From the NCBI RefSeq assembly GCF_001194135.2, contig NC_068987.1, positions 102,413,623-102,452,536 of the forward strand: a stretch of 38,914 bases of DNA. The letters are read 5' to 3'. Under the pieces are notes generated by a model. That model had not been told where the DNA came from, ran no database searches, and saw nothing but the letters and a program-made list of their open reading frames with translations. Source of the DNA: Octopus bimaculoides. Taxonomy: Eukaryota. The position numbers were made by a program, and so were the translations under genes. Below, piece after piece: positions 1 to 10,632 of this stretch; position 1 is the stretch's first letter, and each line of letters starts with the position of its first letter.

Positions 1-9
1 TCGTCGTTG

Positions 10-27
10 TCATCATCATGGTCATCG

Positions 28-110
<83 letters not shown>
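10..110. repeat. (CAT)n microsatellite
   Basis: Direct inspection. Confidence 0.95.
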
Positions 111-111
<1 letters not shown>

Positions 112-228
112 ACAAGAACAGCAACAAGACACAACAATAATAATAGCAATATATGGCATAAATTTAGCAACGGCATATTATTGCTACTGATAATACTAGT
201 AGTAACAATTGTAATAATTTCTTTCTAG

Positions 229-309
229 AACGACGAATAAAGGGATATTGCATGAACTGGTTACACATGGAGTGGTGGATTACATTGAAATGGAATATGT
301 GAAAGACAA
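229..309 (+). CDS. Candidate internal exon (phase 2/2) of an uncharacterised gene; TTNKGILHELVTHGVVDYIEMEYVKD
   Basis: Acceptor tttctttctag|A, donor AA|gtaatt, 81 nt, open frame. Joins in frame to the 7528 exon. The intron is long (7.2 kb), so intervening exons may have been missed. Confidence 0.55.
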
Positions 310-495
310 GTAATTGAAAGTAAAAATGTACACAGTGTACAAATATTCTATACTGTCTCCAGTATAATGGGCTCATCTTGATAATGGGCTCATCCATGTC
401 AGCGATCGAATGAGTTCATTCATGATTTACATTCATATGTGAATGACGTTCTCATTTACTTTCGTGTACTTGAATCTCAATATGTATTTACATGT

Positions 496-710
496 AAGGC
501 GGTGAGCTGGCACAATCGTTAGCACACCAGGCGAAATGCTTAGCGATATATCGTCTACCGCTACGTTCTTAGTTCAAATTCCGCCGACGTCGACTTTGCT
601 TTTCATCCTTTCGGGGTCGATAAATTAAGCACCAGTGAAATACTGGGGACGATGTAATCGATTCATCCGCTCCCCACACATTTCGGGCTTTGTGCCTGTA
701 GTAGAAATAT
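496..710 (+). mobile_element. tRNA-derived SINE, family A (local label)
   Basis: B-box-like gttcaaattcc; body gtcgactttgcttttcatcctttcggggtcgataaattaag shared with other copies in the window. Confidence 0.8.
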
Positions 711-1393
711 GTACGTGTCTGTGTGTGTGAGGGGGGGGGGGTTAATTATGCGTGTATAATGTATATGAAAACATCCTCTTCAAATGACAAAGGAAAAAGA
801 ATTTATGTCGTGGACTTTCTTAGCTTGAATGTAATGAACGCATAGTTACCGTTCGTAGATATAAATATATTTGCGTGTGCGTGTGTATTTATATATATAT
901 TTTTGATGCCACGATCCACTCTATACTGTTTTCTCCCCCCATCTTTCTCTAATTCCCTTTTTCTCCCCCTCCCACCTTCACCACTTTCTATCTGTCTCTC
1001 TCCCCTCTTTCTCTTCCTCCCCTCTTTCTATCTCTCTCGCCTTGCTCAAATGTGACCATCGTCCATCTTTCTTTTCCTTACTTGACAATTTTTTTTCCTT
1101 CTACGGACGTTTACACGAGCGGAAAAATACGTTACCGGCCAGCCATGAGACTCGAACTAACATCCCTGTGATTACACGCCTCTCCAATGTATGGATAGTT
1201 TATACTGATCACGCTATTTATTAGCATTATCACGTGTTTGAGAATAAAAAGAATATATTTCTCTCTCTTTCAATACATTTCAACGCTTCTAAAACAAACT
1301 TTGTTTGTTTACTTTCATCGTAAGTTGAATTTAACGTTAGCGTCTTATGATGCTAAATTTATAAGTTCTAAAATTGCAGAAGAATTCGTTACT

Positions 1394-1481
1394 GGATAGT
1401 TTAGCTTAATGGTAAAGCACTTGACGCGTAATCTCATAGATGTCAGTTCGAGTCTGATTCCTGGTCGGTAACGTATTTTTC
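1394..1481 (+). mobile_element. tRNA-like SINE head / tRNA pseudogene
   Basis: A-box tagcttaatggtaaagc and T-arm gtcag-ttcgagt-ctgat. The acceptor stem does not pair, so it is not a functional tRNA. Confidence 0.6.
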
Positions 1482-2626
1482 TGCAATGTATGGACAATTT
1501 ATCCTGATCACGCTATTTATTAGCATTATCACGCGTTTGAGAGAAAAGAAAATTATTTCTCTATAATGTATATATATATATATTCATTTAGCTAAATATG
1601 GCACTGCATTTAAATTGATGTAATGATTGCATTATTAAATTAAATGGATTTGCCTGAAACGTTCGTACTGCATCATTACTTGGTATCCTTTTGCTAACTT
1701 TGATATATGCACATACATATATATTGTTTTATATGTTTGCTTATTTTTACATAAGCACTGTACTTACATGTACATAAAACAGGGTTCTTAATGCTCCGTG
1801 AGGGAGTTTGTTTATGATTTTCTTTAACAAAAATCTTATTTGGACATTTAACAGACTTGAATCTCTTTCGGTTCTAACAGAATCCAATCAGACTCTTTTA
1901 GAATCTGACCAGATTTAAGACCGTAAAATTCGTCGAACAGGTATGTAAATATAGACATATATAAATACACACGCACACACACAAAAACACGCACAGACAC
2001 ACACACACACACACACATATATGTATATATACATATAAAGATTTATAGAGTTAATATATTTGTAACAAATTAATTGTGGGTTTCTGTTGATCTATGTCTT
2101 TGCATATCATAAGAGCTTATGTACACCAAAAATTATTTATCTTTCAATTCAATCTCAAGTCCCTTGGCAGACGATGAACACACACACACTCGTAAATACA
2201 TACGTACACATACATATTTATACATATATAGATGCACATATATACATATATACATATATAGACGCACATATATACATATATACAAACATAAATATAGGTA
2301 TATATATATATCAGTGAATATACATTCATGCGTGAAATTTGTATGTATAAGTGACTAAACACACACACACACACACACGCACACACATACACATAGATAA
2401 ATATAAATATGCATGTATATATACATAGGTGCATATTTATTATGTACCCCAGAATTGATATTAATCAAACACACGCGCACATGTAATTCCTCAATACTAC
2501 ATACTGTCTACAAGCAAATAGTCAAATATTCTGCCATACACAGAGAGACACACACAGAGACATACACCCGCACACTATAGTGCAAACACATTACACACAC
2601 ACACACACCCACACACACACACACAC

Positions 2627-2663
<37 letters not shown>

Positions 2664-3363
2664 CCTGTGAACTGTCAGTCAGACATTTTTAGTTCGAGAT
2701 ATATACTTAACTAAGTAGGTAAAGAAACTGAAGATATGAATTTGGTAAATAAATTGTAATGTGACTCATACGAAAATCTAATAATTGCTATGTACAAACA
2801 TATTACCTTGAGCTTTTATATAGTAATAATATTGTATCAACATAGTAATGTCTTTCTTTGACGATGGAGGCGTTAGTGTTTACACCTGTTCATCAACTGA
2901 AACCTTTTATGCACGCGCTGTTAACCACACACCTCCGGTGTCAATCGTATAGCTTCTCTGCTCTCTACAGAACCTCTCCAATATCATATAGACTTCCTGT
3001 AACTCTTAATCTCATTGTTTGTATAATTGTGAATGTAATTTGTACGTATGTATATATATATATATATGTGTGTGTGCGTGTGTGTGTGTGTGTGTATGTG
3101 TGTGTGTGTGTATACTATATGTATATTTATGTACACACACACACACGCACACGTATATTTATCATGTGTGTACATAAAGACGGTCAAACGTATTTATTCA
3201 TACACACCGATGTGTATGGAGTACAAATATATATGTACGATAAATGTATCTCAATACACACACGCACACAGACACACACACGCACACATACACACACGCA
3301 CACAAACACACACACACACGCACACCACACACGTATATACATATAAATTTTTAAATCTTTAAA

Positions 3364-3712
3364 TTGTTTCAGCTTCTAAGCTGCGGTCATGCTGAGGCAC
3401 CACCGTTGGGTGTGCTTAGACCATTATTTGAAACCTCCTCTGGTATTTGGCATTTGTTGAATGGGGGATTTGATGCTATTGCTCTCATCTCTTATCTTGT
3501 CGTGAGGTAGAGTCATCTGAAACCCTTGACAAGAGGAGATCCAGTTTTGTTTTTAAGATACCTACATCCACACCATGCAGGTCTCTTAGATATTTTGGAA
3601 GAATATTGAAGAGCTGTGGGTTTTTGAAACCTAATCTGTTGCATTATCTGGTACTTTATTTTGTTGGTGACGCTGGAATCTTTCGTGGTATGCAATAGCG
3701 CCACGTTCTGCT
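3364..3712 (-). mobile_element. CR1/L2-type LINE 3' fragment (degenerate ORF2 C-terminus and tail)
   Basis: Minus frame NPQLFNILPKYLRDLHGVDVGILKTKLDLLLSRVSDD matches the P.LFN.LP..LR....V..FK.KLD.FL..VPD motif at the end of CR1/L2-group ORF2; stops upstream. Confidence 0.75.
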
Positions 3713-6214
3713 GTTTATGTAACTGTCAATGCTATACATACATATGTTTATGTATATCTTTGTCTTTATGTGTATCTAGATATGTGTACGTGCATGTACA
3801 TTATTTTAAAGTCTAGGTATACTTTTTATAGTAAATCACAACGCACAGAAACAATCATGTTTATATTTATCCCGCATATATATTCATATCTATGATATTT
3901 CGATCAGTTGATCTAGCATATGTAAAGGGGTGCATATTATTGCGTATATAATGTATGTGAAAATAGATCTGTGAGTATGTAAAACAACGGATAGGAGCTA
4001 ATTTTGGAAAGAAACTAAGAACAGATAAGATGCGTTTTTGAACATTTTTTTTATTAGTTTTGTGCGTGTTTGTACGTAAATGCTTGTAGTTTCCACCAAT
4101 TTCTTTTTTAACAAGCGCCGACCTGCTTATCCATGATCTAGAGGTCATATAATCATAGGTGTTCAAAAGGTAGGAAATATTCAGATATAATTTAATCATC
4201 CATTCTATAATAAGATGGTACTTCCTTCTGTTCGAAAACTGAATATTGAGCGAGATTTTCGGGAATTTTGATTACCGTTCTTACTAATAAAAGTAAGCTG
4301 CTTCTTTAAGTCTCAAAACTTATAGTATTGTTAGACCTTTTCATCCATCATGANNNNNNNNNNNNNNNNNNNNNNNNNNNNNNNNNNNNNNNNNNNNNNN
4401 NNNNNNNNNNNNNNNNNNNNNNNNNNNTATATATATATATATATTCGCCATTCCTCTATAGGATACTTCATGGAAGAAAACATTATCCACTTGCACTTGA
4501 TGCACCGCATGTCAAAGACCACACGGACACAATATCTCGAAAGGAATCAAATGAGCACAAATGATTCTCATGTGAAGAAAGCATTGTGCCACATCACATC
4601 TTTCTTAAATATGAGCAGCATACATACCACTGAAGATCGGTGCAGTCACTGGATCTCACTAGCACCGGTAGATCAATCATATGACAACACACATCCGTTG
4701 CATCAATAGGTTTGTATTCCAACGGTAAACCTGTTCCTTCAGGGTCACAACATACTTCAATCTCTATCAATTTTATATTGTATAAAAGAAAATGAGGCGA
4801 GGCCTAAAAATGAGTATTATCATCACGTCTGGTTTGGTGCAAAGGATAGACACACAAATACACACACACACGCGCGCTCACTCACAAATACACGAGAGCA
4901 TATATACATATACACATACATCCTAGACGCTATCCAGAAAAAGCCACCTGACTGGTTGCCATAATTTCACTCACAGATACACTCCAGCTTCTGATCTTCA
5001 GACATACTGTCTCCTCACTCATCTCCCCCTCTCTCTCTTATTACCTCACCTACTATATGACACACAGAACTTCGGTACGTATTGGACTCATATCAGCACC
5101 ACTCATGTATTCCCTTCACATTTTCCTCCCCGCCCCCTCTCCACAATTGTATTCAAACCGCGCCCCGGGTTTCGGCCTCTCCACTACAACCAGTCTGTCG
5201 ATTACAGAATACCTCTAAGATACACTTTCAGCTTTTCTTTTTTCTGAGGGTTTTGACTCACAAAGGCTCATTAGAAAATATTGCAGCGTAAATATCATCA
5301 GTTTGAGAGGCACTTTAAGCGCTATAGGCATGGTGTCTACATCTTTGTTATGATTAACAATATAATATAATGCACATATATACGGACACATTTCTGGTTG
5401 TGGCGAGATAGCAATACATATAGAGAGATATATACAGATATATATGTAAAACTAAATCGGCAAATAAACATACACACTCATAGACACACACACACGCACA
5501 CGCACACGCACACACATATATAAGAACTACTAACATTCAAATGAAGTTATAAATACTAGATCATAATATATTGGGTAAAAATATGAAATATTGTTTAGAT
5601 GTTCATTTGCATTTGAGCAGCTCCTGAAAAAGACATCATTGAATGTCTCAAAACTTCAATGGAGCTCACACGCAAACACAATCAAATACGGTCACACACA
5701 TACACACTAATATACATAATATACACACATAATATCTGTACCCCCCCCCCACACACACACACAAGCACACCATATATATATGGGTATGAATATCTGAATG
5801 TATTGTGTAAAAAAATGTTTTTCTCAGCCTGAAGTTTGTTATAAAAATAAACTCGAAATAAGATGATCAAATAAAGAAAAACTTGTCGGTCAGCTCGATT
5901 CTTATTAAAATCACATCACGACCAGAATAGTCAAGCCACAGGTTTCATTAGTCAAGTTTAAAATAAAACATACATACTTCAGGCTTCAGCACATATCAAA
6001 AACTCCATAATTACAAGGAGAAATTCTTAAATGACTGTTTGTGAAGGCTTTTGCTAAGTGTAACTCATACATACCAGACCGCAACCCAGAAAGGGCAATC
6101 CAACTGATTGGCATAAATTCCCTCTCAGATGCCCTCCTGTGTCTGACTAATAGGAATTCTGACACTTCACTCTCTCCCTCTCTCTCTCCTTCCCTCTCTC
6201 CCTCTCTCTCTCCT

Positions 6215-6248
<34 letters not shown>

Positions 6249-6996
6249 CCTCTCTCCCTCTCTACTTGTACTGCTACTATTACAGCCACTAACCTTTGGT
6301 GCGTGCTGGTTGGGCCCATGAAGACATGACTTACGTCTTCCATCTTCAATCTCTTTCCTTCTTTTATCATAATTGCGGTGGTAGGTAATCCCTTCTGGAC
6401 CCAAGCATCAACAGTTGTCATCTTATTCTTCTAGTTTCTTATTTAATGCATTCATTATTGTTGTTACTATTCCGATCGTAGCTATTGTTATTTGTAGCAG
6501 CATTCTTTCGGAACTTATTATTCCACACCAATCTTTTCCTTTATTTCAAAGTATTTTACAGAGCAATATTAGTTCCCATTGTTGCTGTTGTTGCTGCTGA
6601 AATTATCAGTTTTATTTTTGCTAGCATCGTGTCATATGATAGCAATATATTTTAACATTCTCATTTAATTGCTGCATCTGTTTATGAAACCCCTCTCTTT
6701 AATGATGATTTTGATGATATCGTTGCTGCTGTTTGCGAATCGTCTACTTTCAGCCGTGACGAATTCCATCCAATTTAGTGTTATGTAAAACTACACAATC
6801 TGACGTATCCTTTCATTTTTTTAAGACATTCATTTTCATTTGTGGGTGAGATCTGAGTGCTAATTCTATCAAGTCAAGCACTCGCAAAGAGGTTGCTTCA
6901 TTAGTTTGTTTTAACTCATGCATTGTTGCTGCTACCTCTCCAGCTATAACAAACATTGATGTTGATGTTGATGTTCTTATTTCAAATGAATTTGCA

Positions 6997-6999
<3 letters not shown>

Positions 7000-7071
<72 letters not shown>

Positions 7072-7096
7072 CTATCTATTTATCTATCTATCTATC
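7000..7096. repeat. (CT)n-(CTAT)n compound microsatellite
   Basis: Direct inspection. Confidence 0.95.
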
Positions 7097-7527
7097 TCTT
7101 CGTCATCCATTATACCAATTTCTCTCACCACCATTCTAGCCTCTACTGTATCTGCTTCTGTTGTCGTGGTTGCTGCTGGTTTGGTGTCATTTCTTTGTTA
7201 TTGTTATTAGAAATATTGTTGATCATAGAATTGATTGTAGCTATTGTTGCTTGAAACTGTCTTGATGCCATTGATTTCTACTCCTATAGCAATCTTTACT
7301 ACTAAAACTACAACTCTTACTCCTTATTCAGCTACATTTCGTATTCAATGAAATTGTCATGGGAATAATGTTCTCACTTAACTTAATTACGATATGGTCT
7401 TTCTTTGGATTTCAAATGACACTTAATTCCCACGGTAAACATAGCCAATATCACCACAATCATTACCACAATAAACTACAATAATAATAATAATGGAGAA
7501 GCATTTCCGTGATTTCTCAAGTTTTAG

Positions 7528-7659
7528 GAAAACAGCTAAATTCTACTCAAATTACACCCTAACGTCTCGGAAAACAAGTGCGGTTTTATATGTTTTCGAA
7601 GCTGCAACTGGAAAAAGAAATTGTGGTCACTGCCTGAATGACTTTCGTCTCTCTGGACG
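7528..7659 (+). CDS. Internal exon (phase 2/2); KTAKFYSNYTLTSRKTSAVLYVFEAATGKRNCGHCLNDFRLSG
   Basis: Acceptor caagttttag|G, donor CG|gtgaga, 132 nt, open, non-repetitive sequence. In frame with the 8435 exon. Confidence 0.7.
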
Positions 7660-7835
7660 GTGAGATCTAACCGTAGCTTAAAAGGCATAATCAGAAAACG
7701 TCGCAGCGAATCGCACAAAACCATCTAGGAATCAATAAACTGCAGTACTTACCCGTTCGTTATACTAGAAAGAGTAATTAAGTTTCCCTTATAATATGCC
7801 ATAAACTTAAAAAGAAAATGTATCCAGTTTTATCA

Positions 7836-7990
7836 CAAGGCCAACAAATTTAGTGGACGGGGGTTAGTTTGCTTACTTCGTCGTTAGATCTTGACTGGTA
7901 CTTTCTTTTATCGATCCTTCAGAAACACAAAATATGCTGCTAAGTATTTTGCCCGAGGCAGTAACCAGTTGACATGCTTACCGACCACAT
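7836..7990 (-). mobile_element. Degenerate SINE family A copy
   Basis: Reverse-complement similarity (ctggtact...tttatcgatcc...gctaagtatttt) to the other copies. Confidence 0.5.
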
Positions 7991-8434
7991 AACGTTGAAA
8001 ATTCAATCATATCTAAAATGAACGTTGGATGAGGCAGTATTCGGTTTAAAAATCCACATAGAACATGTAATGGCCAACGCTGGAAATCGTTTGACTATTA
8101 TTCTGCTCCATAGATTGGTGACTTTGATATAAAGCTTAAAATCATGTCAGCAGCAGCAACACCACCATCAGTTACTTGGGACTAGTAAATGCAGTCGTAT
8201 GATTACCGTAAATTATAGAAAGGCTTCTTTGTTTAATTTTCTCCACCATAATGTTCTTTAGTGTGTAATTTTTAATTTTCTTTACATTTTGCTCACTGAT
8301 GTATTGCTTTTCTGCAAGTGTTTCTCAACTCCAGGTCTGACTTCTGATGAAAAGCCTTCGAAGTGTACTACTCCACAAAATGTTCAAGAGCAGTCTATCT
8401 TGAACTACATAATGTTTTCTTCCTGTCTATTTAG

Positions 8435-8521
8435 ACCGCTAGTTCGGAGAATGATTAGGGTAGAGAACACAATGTTTTACGATGTTTGTTCTGATACTCC
8501 GTTCAAACTTGATCTGTCACG
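8435..8521 (+). CDS. Internal exon (phase 2/2); PLVRRMIRVENTMFYDVCSDTPFKLDLS
   Basis: Acceptor ttttcttcctgtctatttag|A, donor CG|gttagt, 87 nt. Followed by a 67-nt intron containing an in-frame TAA. Confidence 0.7.
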
Positions 8522-8588
8522 GTTAGTGAAATAAAATACGTGTGCTGGGTACACTGTTTTGCGTTTTGGAGTGATGTATCTTTAACAG

Positions 8589-8751
8589 AGTGATCTCTCT
8601 TTATGCATTTGGGCTGGGCTACCGGTTTCAAGGTTACTCCCTGCCTTCCTTCAACCAATCTCAGTGCAATTCGAAAGATAAATGCCACGGTACCTGCCCG
8701 ACTAATCAGTATAAAATGAAAGGATTTGATGGAGATTTAGCTGTGTTTTGA
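8589..8751 (+). CDS. Probable terminal coding exon; VISLYAFGLGYRFQGYSLPSFNQSQCNSKDKCHGTCPTNQYKMKGFDGDLAVF*
   Basis: Acceptor gtatctttaacag|A. Removing intron 8522-8588 restores the frame. TGA at 8749-8751. Confidence 0.68.
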
Positions 8752-8978
8752 GATAGATTCAATAACTTGTATACTGTCATAGAAGCCTTGCCCCGACCAA
8801 TGGCTATATATCGCTTTACATATTTTGCAAGACGTACCTCTACATGTAGCCTCATGAGGCTAAGACGTTGGGGGATAATACAAAGACATTAAAATGAGAG
8901 AAGCGGGGAAAATAAGAAAACAGCGGGTGATATGCATCTAGTAAAAGTATGAGATCAACAAAACTGTAGAGGTTTATT

Positions 8979-8988
8979 AATAAATAAA
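8979..8988 (+). promoter_or_regulatory. Candidate polyadenylation signal (overlapping AATAAA x2)
   Basis: aataaataaa ~230 nt after the TGA. The motif is common in AT-rich DNA. Confidence 0.35.
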
Positions 8989-9782
8989 TAACAATATCAG
9001 GCAATACAATTGAGTATACATTTCTGTAATTTACTTAAATCTGTGATATGTGAAGTAGCAGATTATTCTACAGACAAATGTAACTTTAATAAAATTCTGG
9101 GGGAGAATCTATGAAACTGCAAAGCTATTTCAGAATCCAACCGACGAGCTTCCGCACAGTATCCTTCGTGTAGCTTACCTCTAGTCATTTATGAGGTGAT
9201 AGGGTAAAAGGCATTTGTCCAACAAGCCACAGAGTAAAATCGAACCTGAAAGATTGCGAATGAAGACAAACATCTTAACTATTTGACCACGTTGCGTATG
9301 CAAAGGTGATAATGGCGGCAAACCAATGCGGATTTTAGATGCCAAAAGCGCACCATTGGATTATCTAGGCACGACAAATGTTAATGCTTTCTCCTTGATC
9401 TTGCCATCAATTAACAATCGCATAATTAGTTTGAGGCTGTTTAGCCAGATTAATATTGTATTTTGATACAATTTACTGGCTGGAAACACTTCTTTCTCGA
9501 TCGTCACTTTCTTTCCCAAGAAGTTGATAAGTGACTGATAAGTGATTGCTCTCAGAGGAGTAGCTTTGTTCGCAATCTTTCTACTGCGTCCACCGCACAA
9601 CTTCCATCGTCATAGCTACCGAGCAGTAGAAATTCAAGACTTTACAAATTCAAGACTTCTCTGTCAATAAAAGTCGGTTGGTCGGTCTTCGGGCAAGACT
9701 CGAAAGATAGCTGCACCCGTGTTACATATGATAATACCAATCAAAAGAAACCTAATGGTCAGCAATTTATGAGCACTGGTCG

Positions 9783-9811
9783 ACTACTACTACTACTACT
9801 ACTACTACTAC

Positions 9812-9854
<43 letters not shown>

Positions 9855-9905
9855 GCCACTACAACTACTACTACTACAACTACTACTACTACTACTACTA
9901 CTACA

Positions 9906-9963
<58 letters not shown>

Positions 9964-10122
9964 ATTTTTATTTTGCTCCTCTGTTCTTATTATCTCTGAG
10001 GTTTTCTTCATTGTCATCAACATCTTCACCTTCAAAAGTCATTGTAATTAATATTTTATCATCACCATCGTCCCTATCACTATAAACGTCTGTCTTGATA
10101 TCGAGATGATGACAGAAATGAC

Positions 10123-10157
<35 letters not shown>

Positions 10158-10530
10158 CGACGATGTTGATGACGATGATGATGATATTCACAATAAAGAT
10201 GGCGATGATAACGATGGTGATGATCATGTTGACGATCGTCATCATCATCATCATCATCATAATCATCATTCGTTTTGGTCGTCGTCTTCGTCGTTGTTTT
10301 GTCTTTTTTCCTCTCATTTTAGTCTTCCTCTTTATTCTCTACGCATTTTCTTCCTCCTAAACTTTCCATTTGTGGTTATTGATTTCATGGCTATTCTTAT
10401 TAGGATAATTCTTATTGTAATTCTATAGCAGTTATTTTTTAGATATATTTCTTGCCCTTATAATAATTTAACTCTTTTTCTCCTGTTATTGTTGTTGTTG
10501 CTGCTGCTATAATAATAATTATTATTATTA

Positions 10531-10594
<64 letters not shown>

Positions 10595-10632
10595 CATCAT
10601 CATCATCATCATCATCATTATCATCATCATCA
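9783..10632. repeat. Cluster of trinucleotide microsatellites (CTA/CTG, GAT/CAT, ATT)
   Basis: Direct inspection; source of the poly-L, poly-M and poly-I ORFs. Confidence 0.95.

Noticed and set aside
364-394. 14-bp direct repeat ataatgggctcatc x2
   Set aside because: Ordinary micro-duplication; only two units, not an array.
1394-1466. Functional tRNA gene
   Set aside because: The acceptor stem is unpaired and a partial inverted copy lies nearby; treated as a SINE head.
1902-1940. Segment ending in a strong donor CAG|gtatgt inside intron 1
   Set aside because: Ends in phase 0 with no compatible partner exon found; may still be a cryptic exon.
4462-4724. + frame with three TGA codons suggesting a selenoprotein
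   Set aside because: No redox motif or selenoprotein-like context, and no SECIS identified.
6041-6170. Peptide YIPDRNPERAIQLIGINSLSD, vaguely like a CR1/L2 C-terminus
   Set aside because: Similarity is too weak and the ORF runs into a CT microsatellite.
7536-7724. Minus-strand ORFs here and at 8503-8688
   Set aside because: They overlap better-supported + exons in antisense and lack a consistent splice model.
8335-8434. Upstream acceptor ccag|GT extending the 8435 exon
   Set aside because: It is phase 1; joining it to the phase-2 donor at 7659 hits TGA within four codons.
9361-9600. 79-aa minus ORF with TTG start
   Set aside because: No ATG, no usable acceptor and no recognised motif; length is attainable by chance.
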